Under the pieces are notes generated by a model. The model did no database searches. It was not told the DNA's origin and saw only the letters and a list, made by a program, of their open reading frames with translations. From the IMG/VR virus record IMGVR_UViG_3300016486_001578: a stretch of 64,000 bases of DNA. The stretch is one strand, 5' to 3'. This document shows, in pieces, positions 1-10,600 of the stretch. Both the position numbers and the translations under genes were made by a program. The stretch is from a virus. Lineage: Duplodnaviria; Caudoviricetes. Position 1 is the first letter of the stretch. The number at the start of each line of letters is the position of its first letter.

Positions 1-780
1 ATATGTGCCATATTTTGTAATAATGGTATCTAGCGACTTTAGCCTAAACTCATCAGAAAGCATATAGTTATTAACTCCATATCTCTCTATACATGTTTCT
101 TTTATTTTATCTCTAAATTCATCTGTCTTGGAGTAATTATCAACACCGTACTTTTCTAAACAAGTTTCTTTTATCTTATCTTTAAATTCATCCGTCTTTG
201 AATAACTAGTGTATCCATATTTTTCTAAGTTTTTATACTTTATTATATCCTTTATTAAAGTAGACTCAAATACGTTACCAACCCCATATTTCATTAAATT
301 ACTACTTATTAATTTATCCTTTATTTCTTTGGAAAACATTGAATTTTTAACACCATATTTACTAATTAGAGAATTTTCACTTTTCTTCTTGAAATCGACA
401 GTATTCATATAACTTATCTCATCATATCTATTTATGCAGGTATTCTTGGCCTTTTCTTTAACCGAGTCTAACATAGACGGACTCTCCACTCCATATTTTA
501 TAATAGAAATTTCCTTTTTCTTGATACTACCACACTTATTTGAACAAGAATACTTATTATTATTTGATATATTTCTATTATATTCTTTGAATCCGACTTC
601 TTTTATAGAACCACAATAGTCACACTTAGATGATATTTTTATATTAGATCCAATTGATAAGTCATCAGTAGATACTAATATTTTCTTACCACTTGGCTTT
701 TCTGGGATATCATATTTTTTTTTATAATATGATATGTTTTTTGGATTTAAAGTGACCACCACATTTTTCGTCAATATCAT
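1..780 (-). CDS. Repeat-containing putative homing endonuclease-type protein (partial, runs off the window)
   Basis: Manual translation from ATG at 780: MILTKNVVVTLNPKNISYY...CDYC...CSNKC, then several (K/R)YGV(D/E)N..K..EF.DKIKETC repeats; same repeat type as 52494..54203. Confidence 0.65.
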   Translation of the reverse strand, partial: MILTKNVVVTLNPKNISYYKKKYDIPEKPSGKKILVSTDDLSIGSNIKISSKCDYCGSIKEVGFKEYNRNISNNNKYSCSNKCGSIKKKEISIIKYGVESPSMLDSVKEKAKNTCINRYDEISYMNTVDFKKKSENSLISKYGVKNSMFSKEIKDKLISSNLMKYGVGNVFESTLIKDIIKYKNLEKYGYTSYSKTDEFKDKIKETCLEKYGVDNYSKTDEFRDKIKETCIERYGVNNYMLSDEFRLKSLDTIITKYGTY

Positions 781-917
781 TTTTTATCAAAAAATTTAAT
801 TACAAGTCTTTCTAAAAATTTAGATTTGTTTATATCATTATCATCCAAATACTTAATCATTTTGTTATACACTTTTGGGTCTATTGTATAATAGTCCTTT
901 TTTCTTCTTGTCTTCAT
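777..917 (-). CDS. Small ribbon-helix-helix-like DNA-binding protein (46 aa)
   Basis: MKTRRKKDYYTIDPKVYNKMIKYLDDNDINKSKFLERLVIKFFDKK; its TGA overlaps the next ATG (ATGA); not in the ORF track. Confidence 0.5.
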   Translation of the reverse strand: MKTRRKKDYYTIDPKVYNKMIKYLDDNDINKSKFLERLVIKFFDKK

Positions 918-1226
918 ATCATATATATTAAATAACCATTCTGTATTTTACACTTTTTACACTTTTTTATTTTTTTTTTAATTTTACTAACTTAATATAT
1001 ATTTAGTGAAAATTAACGAAAATATATCCTACGCCAAATCAATATTAAACAAAAATGGCATAAATAGTGACTCAGATGGATATGAACACCAAGAAGTTAT
1101 TTAAGTAATGACAGACTTGATGTTCTTAGATTTATAAAAAATATAAATAAACCTAAGAAGGAAGTGGTGAAGGAACCAAAAAAGAGTATTATGAAAAGAT
1201 TTGGTGATTTTTTCAAAAGGAAATAA

Positions 1227-1499
1227 ATGATTATGAAATATTTAAAAATATATGAGGAGTTCAATGATGGTGATGTAGTAAAATATAGAGGACAGCCGGC
1301 CAAGGTAGTATCAGAAGAATCCGATAAAGTTACAATTAATTTATTAAAATTTAACAGGAAATTAGAAGTAGGTAAAAATGAAATAACTAAAATAAATAAA
1401 TGCTTATCACAATGTGATAAAAAAGTCATAACAGATGAAGAAGGGAAGAGGTTTGTTAAGTGTTCTTTTTGTGGTATGGAAAAAAGGTTTAAGAGATAA
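1227..1499 (+). CDS. Hypothetical protein with MKYLKIYEEF N-terminal tag and Cys motif
   Basis: ORF; tag motif; CSFC near the C-terminus. Confidence 0.55.
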   Translation: MIMKYLKIYEEFNDGDVVKYRGQPAKVVSEESDKVTINLLKFNRKLEVGKNEITKINKCLSQCDKKVITDEEGKRFVKCSFCGMEKRFKR

Positions 1500-1682
1500 T
1501 ATCAAACTTCCTTAGTATAACTGTATCATTTTCATACCCTTCGTATAAATCCTTTTTATATAGTGTAAATTTAGAAACCCCCAAAACACCAGAAGAATGT
1601 ATTGAATATAATTTACCTAAATTAACGAATATTTCAATTCTATTTGTTAACTTCCATATAACACATATGACTGTTCGACTAT

Positions 1683-1898
1683 TCAAACCCCACTATATAC
1701 TTTGAATCTAATTCCGCCATCTTCGGTTTCTTTATTCCATTCAACCAATGGTCTAGCGAAATATGTTCCAAAAAGTACAGATTTATAAATAACTAATATA
1801 TCATCATTTTCTGTGTGTTTAGATAAAAATAAAAATTCATAAACACCACCTTTATAGTGTTCATATAATCTTCCAGGCATAGGGTATTTATTTTCCAT
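1683..1898 (-). CDS. DUF1653-family protein
   Basis: YEHYKGGVY...HTE...VIYKS...YFARP signature. Confidence 0.75.
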   Translation of the reverse strand: MENKYPMPGRLYEHYKGGVYEFLFLSKHTENDDILVIYKSVLFGTYFARPLVEWNKETEDGGIRFKVYSGV

Positions 1899-1947
1899 CC
1901 TTTTATATTATATAAATCTGATTAAGTTTTATCAGACAAAATCGATT

Positions 1948-2466
1948 CTAGGGTTTTTGATTTTTTATACCCTTTAAGTGTTTTCTAAAAGATTTCTTTG
2001 TTTTTTTATAAGAAGTAATTCTATTTTTATTTAATTTTTCTTCATGTTTTATTATATAGTCCCAAAAAAACAAAATAATATCATTACGTATTGGTGAATC
2101 ATTATCAATAGATAAATTGGCACCATTGGTTCTGAGCCTAATAAAAGGTAAATTTACTTCACCATCATTCGTTGTTCTTATTCTACATAATATTTTAATT
2201 TCTTCATTTGGTGAATTCATCGATATCTTCCAACTATCTTTATAAATAATATCATGTATAATTTCTGATTCCCAATTTTCTAATTTTATAGTTTCTAATA
2301 TCTCATAAATTATCTCATGATTTGGGTCTACATCAGTGTATATTGATTTTTTTGGTATTGGTACCAATCTTAAACTTTCTTTAGTTATATCAATAGGGCC
2401 CTTGCGAAAAAGAAAATAAAATGTTACGATTTGTGATAAAATAAGAATTATTAGAATATATTTCAT
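1948..2466 (-). CDS. Hypothetical membrane-anchored protein
   Basis: N-terminal hydrophobic helix; 172-aa ORF. Confidence 0.5.
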   Translation of the reverse strand: MKYILIILILSQIVTFYFLFRKGPIDITKESLRLVPIPKKSIYTDVDPNHEIIYEILETIKLENWESEIIHDIIYKDSWKISMNSPNEEIKILCRIRTTNDGEVNLPFIRLRTNGANLSIDNDSPIRNDIILFFWDYIIKHEEKLNKNRITSYKKTKKSFRKHLKGIKNQKP

Positions 2467-2483
2467 TTTTAATATATAGATTT

Positions 2484-3482
2484 ATGATTAACAAATATAA
2501 TGAATTTATATTAGATAATGAATTTAATTCTATAATTAATGAATCTTTATCTATTTTAGAGTCTAATACAGAGTGGATAGATGATAGGAATGTGGTTTGG
2601 GACTTAAATGATAGAGAATTTGAATGGGACTTATCTAAACCAAATTCAATAACCGAGAAACTAAAAAACTTTTTATCAAAGCTACCAAAGGAAAAAATAA
2701 AATATTATTTTTATGAATTATTAAAAAAAATAAAATTTTTACCAAAGAAAAAAAGAAAAAAGCTAGTGATGATATATTCATTAGTTTTCTTATCGTTTGT
2801 TTCTGTTAATTACTTATTACCAAATAGCACAGATTCAAATATACAAGACCAAAAAGAGCTAATTTCAACATATAGTGAAGAAATATCACAAATGAAAAAT
2901 AATAATAGAAATAGAGATTATCACAAGGAAAAAGTACAATTTGATAAAGCACAAGGCATAACAAAACAAGTAGAAGCTGGATATTCTTCTGATAAAAAAG
3001 ACACCGGTAATTATATAGGTGATTTATTCATAGGAACAAATCATGGTATATCAGCACAAGTTTTGGCTGATTATATGAAAAAAACACCAACCGTTGATGA
3101 TATGATAAACTTATCTTATGAAAAAGCACTAGATATATTAAAATCTAAATATTGGGACAGCACAAATATTGAAGAATTGACTAATCAAAATGTTACTAAT
3201 TTGATATATGATGGGTTTGTGAACCAGGGAATAGGTGGAACAAAAAAAATTCTTAGAGAAGTATACGATAGAAATGGTATAGAAATATCAGATGATGATA
3301 ATCCACTTAACAAAGAATTTATATTAAAATTAAATGAATTAGACCAGAGAAAATTATTTTGTCATATAAAAGATGCTAGAGAAAATAGATATAAATCACT
3401 AAAAACATTTAAAGTACATGGTGATGGTTGGTTATCTAGATTGAATAAATTTGAATATAATGACACAGAAATAAGAACCTAG
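2484..3482 (+). CDS. GH108-like lysozyme / peptidoglycan hydrolase with N-terminal extension
   Basis: EAGYSSDKKDTGN...TNHGIS catalytic-type motif and C-terminal GWLSR; TAATATATA at 2470-2478. Confidence 0.7.
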   Translation: MINKYNEFILDNEFNSIINESLSILESNTEWIDDRNVVWDLNDREFEWDLSKPNSITEKLKNFLSKLPKEKIKYYFYELLKKIKFLPKKKRKKLVMIYSLVFLSFVSVNYLLPNSTDSNIQDQKELISTYSEEISQMKNNNRNRDYHKEKVQFDKAQGITKQVEAGYSSDKKDTGNYIGDLFIGTNHGISAQVLADYMKKTPTVDDMINLSYEKALDILKSKYWDSTNIEELTNQNVTNLIYDGFVNQGIGGTKKILREVYDRNGIEISDDDNPLNKEFILKLNELDQRKLFCHIKDARENRYKSLKTFKVHGDGWLSRLNKFEYNDTEIRT

Positions 3483-3829
3483 TTTGGTTCGTTGTTATGG
3501 TAGCATTTGTGACATATATAGGGGTCTTCTCCGCCATCTTTTATCTTCCAAGACCAACCACATTTATCACACTTTATCTTATCACCAATTATTGATTCTC
3601 TTAATGGGTCACTTAACTTAACATCATCTACCTTATTTGTTTTCGATGGTTCTAAGTCCAACAAATCTGATACTTCAGTAGCGTCGCCTTTTTTAGACTT
3701 TTCTTTTTTTAATGGAAACCCAATATCACCAGAACCAGCAGTTCCGGTAGATCCAGGCAAAGATCCAGGTTGAGCAGAAATAACACCACCATCTTCAAAG
3801 AACTTTTTGTATTTTTTTATATAATTCAT
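3479..3829 (-). CDS. Hypothetical protein with C-terminal zinc ribbon
   Basis: CDKC...CHKC; N-terminal MNYIKKYKKFFE tag. Confidence 0.55.
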   Translation of the reverse strand: MNYIKKYKKFFEDGGVISAQPGSLPGSTGTAGSGDIGFPLKKEKSKKGDATEVSDLLDLEPSKTNKVDDVKLSDPLRESIIGDKIKCDKCGWSWKIKDGGEDPYICHKCYHNNEPN

Positions 3830-3848
3830 ATAATTCTATATATAAATT

Positions 3849-4066
3849 ATGGAAAGTATAGATTTACATGGAGTCAAACATATGGACGTTAAGAGGATAT
3901 TAGATATTTTTTTTGGAGAATGATGCAAAGAAATATAATACAATTTAGAGTAATAACAGGGTATAGCAATAATATGAAAATAATTGTAAAGGATACTTGT
4001 TCCGAATATGGGTTCTCAGTAGAAGAAGAGTTAAGAAATGGTGGTAGTCTAATAATAAATTCTTAG
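3849..4066 (+). CDS. Smr-domain protein (frameshifted, probably a sequencing error)
   Basis: MESIDLHG... then VITGYS...EELRNGGSLII in another frame; break near the T-run at about 3907-3914. Confidence 0.55.
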
Positions 4067-4104
4067 AATTATAATTTAATATATAAATAAAATATCAAAG
4101 AAAA

Positions 4105-5742
4105 ATGGTAAAAAAATATCTAGACTTTATTAATGAAGAATCCTATATAATATTAGAATCAGATGTTATTTATTCTGATAAATTCAGAAAAGCAATTAAT
4201 AAAATAGATCATCCAATATCAAAATCATTAATAGATATAGAAAATAAAGATTTAGATGTTAGAAACAACTATTTTGATATATCAATAGGAACAAATGATA
4301 GAATATCTTTTATTCCGGATTCAAAAGCACAAGAAATAATAAACGATGATAAGAAATACTATTCATTTAATGGTAGTGGTAGAGTAAGGCACTCAGATGC
4401 AAATAGTGACATTTTTAATAGATTAGGATACGAACCAGTTGGTGATTCTTCTTATTCACCAAACTCAAATGAGATAGGGGAAGAAATATCAAGAGCAGAT
4501 TCTAATATTAGTAGTAATACATATGTTTATGTTAAATTCAAAGATGGTGAGGGTGTCTATAATTTAAATGGATTGAGAGAAAGGGAACCAATAGATGGTG
4601 TTTGGACAAAAAATAGACAAGAGATAAAAATAGGAAAGGGCGTTAAATCGATATTAAAAAGCTCAGATATAGAATTTTCACCAAAAGAGTTGGAAGATTA
4701 TGTTAATTTATTTAAATCAACTATTGATATAATGAGTGATAAATTTTCAAATTTTGAAGTTGTTGATGGAGATAAAATAGCACATTGGTATAAAAGAAGA
4801 AATTACCATAAAAACGCAGGAAGTAGCACAACCGGTACTTTAGGAACATCTTGTATGGCTGGCGTACCTAGTAGTTATTTTGATATTTATGTAAAAAACC
4901 CAGAGGTTTGTAAGTTAATAATAATGAAATCACCTGATGATGATGCTGAGATAATAGCAAGGGCCCTTCTCTGGAAATTAAAGGATGGTAAAATGTTTAT
5001 GGATAGAGTTTATACAATAAATGATTCCGATGTAAATTTATTCAAAGAATACGCTAAGGAAAATGGTTGGTACGCTAAGTATTATAATAATTCCAGCGCA
5101 GACAGTGATGCAAAAAACCCACAAGGAGAAAGGGTTGACTTAGATATAGAAGTACAATTAGGAGTTTTTGGATATAATGATTATCCTTATATGGATACTC
5201 TAAAATTTTATAATGATAGCGAAGATACACTATCAATAAACTCTACCTATTCAACCGCAACATTGGAATCAACAGATGGAAATGCTATGGATTGTGAGGA
5301 TTGTGAGGGTTCTAGAGTGGTTACTTGTGGTGAATGTAATGGAAACGGTGAGTGTAGGTGTGAGGATTGTGATGGCGAGGGTGATATCGATTGTAATGAA
5401 TGTGATGGTGAGGGCGAGTCAGAATGTGGGGACTGTGATGGAACAGGGTCGGAAGAATGTGATGAGTGTATCAGAGGAAAAATAGAGTGTGTTAATTGTG
5501 ATGGATCAGGAGAATACGATGATGAGGATTGTGAGGATTGTGATGGCGAAGGCGAATCAGACTGTGAGGATTGTGATGGCGAAGGACATATAGAATGCAG
5601 AAGATGTGATGGTGAATCAACAATAAAGTGTAATGATTGTAGTGGTAGAGGATCTAAAGATTGTGAAAATTGCTATAGTGGTTATGTAGAGTGTAGTGAT
5701 TGTGGAGGTGATGGTGAAGTTTCTTGTTATGAGTGTTCATAA
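4105..5742 (+). CDS. Uncharacterised SCM/MDRVY/PYMDT-domain protein with 14 DnaJ-like CxxCxGxG repeats
   Basis: Motifs TSCM, ARALLW, FMDRVY, YPYMDT; acidic Cys-repeat tail; paralog at 8744. Confidence 0.7.
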   Translation: MVKKYLDFINEESYIILESDVIYSDKFRKAINKIDHPISKSLIDIENKDLDVRNNYFDISIGTNDRISFIPDSKAQEIINDDKKYYSFNGSGRVRHSDANSDIFNRLGYEPVGDSSYSPNSNEIGEEISRADSNISSNTYVYVKFKDGEGVYNLNGLREREPIDGVWTKNRQEIKIGKGVKSILKSSDIEFSPKELEDYVNLFKSTIDIMSDKFSNFEVVDGDKIAHWYKRRNYHKNAGSSTTGTLGTSCMAGVPSSYFDIYVKNPEVCKLIIMKSPDDDAEIIARALLWKLKDGKMFMDRVYTINDSDVNLFKEYAKENGWYAKYYNNSSADSDAKNPQGERVDLDIEVQLGVFGYNDYPYMDTLKFYNDSEDTLSINSTYSTATLESTDGNAMDCEDCEGSRVVTCGECNGNGECRCEDCDGEGDIDCNECDGEGESECGDCDGTGSEECDECIRGKIECVNCDGSGEYDDEDCEDCDGEGESDCEDCDGEGHIECRRCDGESTIKCNDCSGRGSKDCENCYSGYVECSDCGGDGEVSCYECS

Positions 5743-5779
5743 AAATTAAACTTTATATAAAATAACATATATCAATATT

Positions 5780-6115
5780 ATGATAAATAAAATAATATCT
5801 TTAATAGAAAAACACCATAATAATTCAGATAATTGGATATCCGAAGTTTCAAAAGAAATAAAAAAAATACATGACAAAGAGATAGGCTATATAGAAGAAG
5901 ATTTTTATAATTTAAAAGATGAGATTTCTGACTTAGAGAGTGAAATAGAAAATCTTGAAAATGAAATATCATCAATGAATTATAGACATTCTATTTTAGG
6001 CAAACTAACTCCAAGTAATTTATTAGAAGAACAAAAAGTTGAAATATTATCAACATTTATTGATCTAAGTTTAGGTGATTTGGAGAAAATACAAAAGGAC
6101 AAAATTAGAGATTAA
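5780..6115 (+). CDS. Hypothetical coiled-coil protein
   Basis: ORF with heptad acidic stretch. Confidence 0.5.
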   Translation: MINKIISLIEKHHNNSDNWISEVSKEIKKIHDKEIGYIEEDFYNLKDEISDLESEIENLENEISSMNYRHSILGKLTPSNLLEEQKVEILSTFIDLSLGDLEKIQKDKIRD

Positions 6116-6161
6116 TAAACTTTCTTGATATCATCTTATATCAAGATTATAAAATATAAAT

Positions 6162-6890
6162 ATGAATTTAAAAGAAGATTTTAAAAAATATGCCAAGAGT
6201 GAAGGCATTTCTACAACAATATTAGATAACCAAATAAACTCAATAGAAAATTCACTAACTCCATATATCTTAGAAGAAAGAGAGATGAGAATGACACAAA
6301 TGGATGTTTTTAGTAGATTATTAAGGGATAGAATCATATGGCTATCTGGACCAGTTAATAGTTATATGTGTGATGTTGTGCAAGCACAATTGATGTTTTT
6401 AGACTCTACCGAGAAAAAAGATATAACACTGCATATAAATACACCAGGTGGATCGGTTTTAAGTGGATTAGGGATAATTGATGTCATGAACTATATAGGT
6501 TCTGATATAAGAACGATAAACACTGGAATGGCAGCATCTATGGGTTCAGTTCTACTTTCATCCGGAACAAAGGGTAAAAGATCCTCATTATTATACTCTA
6601 AGGTAATGACTCATCAAGTATCTCATGGAACACAAGGAAATGTTCAAGATACTAGAATAAGTCAATTAGAAGCAGAAAAATATAACTTTATTTTATTTAA
6701 AATATTAGGTGAGAATTGTGGAAAAGATTATAAAGAAGTAATTGAATTTTCTAGAAGAGATAAATGGTATAATTCACAAGAAGCTTTAGACTTTGGGTTA
6801 ATTGATGAAGTTGTTAGTGAGTCAAGTATGTCAAATATATTAGAAGGATTTGATGAATATTATAAAGAAGAGGTGTTAATAAATGATTAA
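6162..6890 (+). CDS. clpP: ATP-dependent Clp protease proteolytic subunit
   Basis: MDVFSRLLRDRII, INTPGGS, AASMG (Ser), MTHQ (His), RRD (Asp), A.DFGLID. Confidence 0.95.
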   Translation: MNLKEDFKKYAKSEGISTTILDNQINSIENSLTPYILEEREMRMTQMDVFSRLLRDRIIWLSGPVNSYMCDVVQAQLMFLDSTEKKDITLHINTPGGSVLSGLGIIDVMNYIGSDIRTINTGMAASMGSVLLSSGTKGKRSSLLYSKVMTHQVSHGTQGNVQDTRISQLEAEKYNFILFKILGENCGKDYKEVIEFSRRDKWYNSQEALDFGLIDEVVSESSMSNILEGFDEYYKEEVLIND

Positions 6891-7200
6891 TAAAATAGAA
6901 TCACTTTTAAATCTAAAAGACCCAATAACTAAGCAAAATTTAGAATCTTGGGACAAAGGAGATTGCTCTGATGTTGGTATTTGTGAAATTTTATTAGATC
7001 AAATAATAAGAAATCACAAATCAGAAAATGGATCAAATTATAATACGGATTATGATTATATCAAATTAAGATATTCTAATATCGTAGATAATGATTATAT
7101 TTATAGGGTATCACACATAGGTTATAATTCAGCTACGATAAGTGGTCCCTTTACCAAAACACTAGCTGAGGAAGTTTGTTATTATTTAAATAGTAAATAA
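6883..7200 (+). CDS. Hypothetical protein
   Basis: ORF overlapping the clpP stop. Confidence 0.5.
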   Translation: MINKIESLLNLKDPITKQNLESWDKGDCSDVGICEILLDQIIRNHKSENGSNYNTDYDYIKLRYSNIVDNDYIYRVSHIGYNSATISGPFTKTLAEEVCYYLNSK

Positions 7201-7253
7201 TTAAACTATTACAAATTTTTTACCTATATTTACAATCAGTTAAAAAAAACACT

Positions 7254-8343
7254 ATGTCAAATTGGAAAGTATCTAAAGAAAATATTGAGTTATTTGTTCA
7301 CACAAATGCTGATGGTCTAGATTTGGGCAAAGTTGGATCTTATCAAGTTGTCGTTCAGAAAGGACTTTATAATGATGGTGATGAAGTTATATTCGCACCT
7401 GAAAAATCTGTATTAAGTGGTCAAATAAAATTAGAATTTGAAAATTATTTGGCCGGACCAAATTAGAGACAGAGTAAAGGGAGTTAGGCTTAGGGGAGAA
7501 ATATCTTCTGGTATAATTATACCTAAACATTTAGTTCCGGATTTTGAAGATATAGAAGTTGGTGTTGATGTTTCTGAAATCTTGGGAATTCACAAATATG
7601 AACCACCAATTCCAGAGGAACTACTTGGCGATGTTAGTATAATTGAAATGAATAACATAGGAACTCATGATTGTGAGCAAGTCGGTATTTATATAAATGA
7701 TCTTATAAAGGGAGAAAGGGTTGTAATTTCTGAGAAATTACACGGAACTCAAATAGTAATGGTTCATAATATAGAAACTGATGAAACTATTTTATCATCA
7801 AAGGGTCTTTTAAAAACCGGATTATCAATAAATGAATCAGATTCCAATAAATATTGGATAGCCGCTAACAATGTTGATTTAGTAAATCTTATTAAATCAA
7901 ATTTTAAAAGTGGAGTTGTTCAAATTTTTGCCGAGCTTATACCAATTCAACCTGGTTATGGTTATGGACAAGAAGAACCAACTATTAGAATATTTGATAT
8001 AAGGTTAAATTCCGAATCAATTCCATATGACAAAGTACCGACAGATTTTTCCAAAATCTGGGTACCGATTATTTACGATGGTACTTTAAATCTCGAAGAG
8101 AAAGAGGTAATTCTTCATGAAGATGAAGAGAAAGGAATCCGTAAAGTTAAAATCAATAATGTCCTTCCAAAAGAGATTATTAGTTTTAGCAAAGGTATGG
8201 AATTGGTTTCTGGAAAAGGATTACACATCAAAGAAGGGGTTGTAATAAGTCCTTATATTGATAGGTTTGCTATGGATGGCACTAGATTGCGATTGAAAGT
8301 AATAAATCCAAAATACAAAGAGACTGGTGATGAAATAAATTAA
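7254..8343 (+). CDS. RNA ligase, DRB0094/Rnl2-like family (frameshift near 7460)
   Basis: N-terminal HTNAD.L...VVVQKG; EKLHG adenylation motif; FAE, FDI, EGVV and KVINPKY motifs; two overlapping ORFs. Confidence 0.85.
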
Positions 8344-8372
8344 AAAAGTGTCCTTAATTGGACACTTTTTTT
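8342..8372 (+). terminator. Intrinsic terminator
   Basis: AAAAAAGTGTCC-TTAATT-GGACACTTTTTTT. Confidence 0.8.
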
Positions 8373-8744
8373 GTTTATTTTCCTTATCTTTATTCGATGA
8401 ACACCCATAAAAAACTACTAAATTTAGGCTTCAAAAAATGCGAGCCATATATAATCAATAATTATGATTATTCAAATCCAAAGGTAGTTATACAAAAGCC
8501 AACTCAAAATCTAGAAGAATATAGAAGATTGTATAAAAAATCAGAAGGATTTTATAATTTAAAATCAATGAACTATAAATTATGGATAAAAACAGACAGA
8601 GGATATATCTGTGAAATACTCATAGAGAGTAATAATAAAATAGAGAAAATTAGAAACATAAATATATCAAACGAGTCTGATATAATCAAAAAAATGCCAT
8701 TCACTATAAGAAGAGATATGAACCTAAATAAATTATTTAGTTAA
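8358..8744 (+). CDS. Hypothetical protein (likely start ATG 8397)
   Basis: ORF; C-terminal RRDMNLNKLF motif. Confidence 0.5.
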   Translation: MDTFFVYFPYLYSMNTHKKLLNLGFKKCEPYIINNYDYSNPKVVIQKPTQNLEEYRRLYKKSEGFYNLKSMNYKLWIKTDRGYICEILIESNNKIEKIRNINISNESDIIKKMPFTIRRDMNLNKLFS

Positions 8745-9886
8745 TGAGATTTTATTTAATAATATACTTATTGATATCTATTGTTAATATATACAATATG
8801 ATAAATGGTTTTGATGATTTTATTTTTGAGTCTTATTTGGCGGAATCTATATTGTGCTTTTCTCCTAGGTTTAGGAAAAAATTAAATTCAATATCCGATG
8901 ATAATAACATAGCAAAAGAATTATTAGATTTAGAACAAACGGATATAAAATCCGACCTAACATTCATTGACATAGATGAAGAAGATTTTAACTTTCTAAC
9001 TTTTATACCAATGAAAAATGCTGAATCAATTATAAAAAATCATTGGGCATATGATGATGATCATGGTCTAGAATTCTCAATAACAGATGATATTTGGTCA
9101 AATAGATTTGATGCTGATAATAAATTTCCCAGAGTATATACAAAAGGAAGAAATTCTATAAAAATAGGAAAACTAGTAAATAAAATTTCACAGGGCAAGT
9201 ATAAAAATGTCGATGTCGAAAGATTTGTCAATATGATGAAATCGACAAGATCTGATAAAAATGAGACTTTTGAATTAGTATATGGTAAAGAAATACCACA
9301 ATGGTATGATAAAGATAAATACTTTGATAAGAGTACTGGAAATATACTTGGTAATTCTTGTATGAGAGATTTAAGAAAGGACGCATTTAAAATTTATGAA
9401 GATAACCCAAATAGTGTTAGAATGTTGATACTTAAATTAGGTGATAAATTATTAGGAAGAGCACTAATTTGGAAATTAAAAAAAGTAACTAGTAAAGGAA
9501 AAGAAATACAATATGAGTATTTTATGGATAGAGTTTATGTTGGAAAAGATAGTGATTATCATAAATTTGTTAATTATGCAAACGAAAAAGGCTGGCTCAG
9601 AAAAGGACACAATGGACTAGGAAGTCCGGATTGGGCTAATTATAAGTCTATGGAATTAAATGATGTAGTTATGACTGTTAAAGTAAAGCCAATTCATTAT
9701 GAATTTTATCCATATCTAGACACATTTGGTAGATATAATAGTGACCTAGGAATTTTATACAATGATACAAATTGGAAAAAAGGCGGTCATATAATAAATT
9801 ATGTAAATGGTGAATATAGAAGGTCAATAACCAAGTCAAAAATTTTAAAGAATAAGATAAAGCGTTTTTTTGGATTTGATGATTAA
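8744..9886 (+). CDS. Paralog of the 4105 protein without the Cys repeats
   Basis: NSCM, GRALIW, FMDRVY, YPYLDT motifs. Confidence 0.7.
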   Translation: MRFYLIIYLLISIVNIYNMINGFDDFIFESYLAESILCFSPRFRKKLNSISDDNNIAKELLDLEQTDIKSDLTFIDIDEEDFNFLTFIPMKNAESIIKNHWAYDDDHGLEFSITDDIWSNRFDADNKFPRVYTKGRNSIKIGKLVNKISQGKYKNVDVERFVNMMKSTRSDKNETFELVYGKEIPQWYDKDKYFDKSTGNILGNSCMRDLRKDAFKIYEDNPNSVRMLILKLGDKLLGRALIWKLKKVTSKGKEIQYEYFMDRVYVGKDSDYHKFVNYANEKGWLRKGHNGLGSPDWANYKSMELNDVVMTVKVKPIHYEFYPYLDTFGRYNSDLGILYNDTNWKKGGHIINYVNGEYRRSITKSKILKNKIKRFFGFDD

Positions 9887-9900
9887 TTTAAGTATCTTTG
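9869..9900 (+). promoter_or_regulatory. Bacteroidota-type -33/-7 promoter
   Basis: TTTG(9869-72)-N20-TATCTTTG(9893-9900), just before ATG 9905. Confidence 0.7.
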
Positions 9901-9904
9901 TTGA

Positions 9905-10141
9905 ATGACAAATAGAAAACACTGGACAATAAAATTAAAAGAATGTCCATATTGCTGTGAGAAGATTGAAATAACACAAAGTGGTATGGATAAACAATCA
10001 CCAATTCTCAGATTAATAAAATTATCAAAAGAGCATACAAAAAATTGTAGCGATGGAAAATCAGGAGCTATAGTTAATGTTACAATAAGAGAAAGAAACG
10101 GAAATTTAATAACCTACAAAGACGGTAAAATAATAATATGA
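9905..10141 (+). CDS. Small hypothetical protein with CPYC motif
   Basis: ORF after promoter. Confidence 0.5.
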   Translation: MTNRKHWTIKLKECPYCCEKIEITQSGMDKQSPILRLIKLSKEHTKNCSDGKSGAIVNVTIRERNGNLITYKDGKIII

Positions 10142-10229
10142 AAAGAATAAATGGTTTAAAAAACAAAAAACCAGAAAAATAATATTTTGTAGAATTTTAA
10201 ACTAATTTATATTAAAAAATATAAATATT

Positions 10230-10547
10230 ATGGAACAATTCAAAATAGATAAAAACCCAAGGCTAAATAAATTTTACAAAAAAATATTAGATTTTTTTAC
10301 AAAAAAATATAAAAATACAGAAAGTCTAGTGATAGACCCAACCTCGGTTAAGTTACCAACGCCATATTGTTTGGTAATACGATATTCAGTAACAAACAAA
10401 GCCGAGAAGTATGAATTAGTTTTACAGGGAGATTGGAGAACTTGGTATGCTGAAATGGCAAATGATTCTGATTTAGAAAAACCAAAAGAATTGGATGTTG
10501 TTATGACTATAAGACACAAACATGATAAATCACTTAAATTAAATTAA
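10230..10547 (+). CDS. Hypothetical protein
   Basis: ORF followed by terminator. Confidence 0.5.
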   Translation: MEQFKIDKNPRLNKFYKKILDFFTKKYKNTESLVIDPTSVKLPTPYCLVIRYSVTNKAEKYELVLQGDWRTWYAEMANDSDLEKPKELDVVMTIRHKHDKSLKLN

Positions 10548-10584
10548 AAAAAAAAGAGGAAATATAATATTTCCTCTTTTTTTT
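10546..10584. terminator. Bidirectional intrinsic terminator
   Basis: A-run-GAGGAAATA-TAA-TATTTCCTC-T-run between convergent genes. Confidence 0.8.
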
Positions 10585-10600
10585 AATTTAAATTTTTAAT

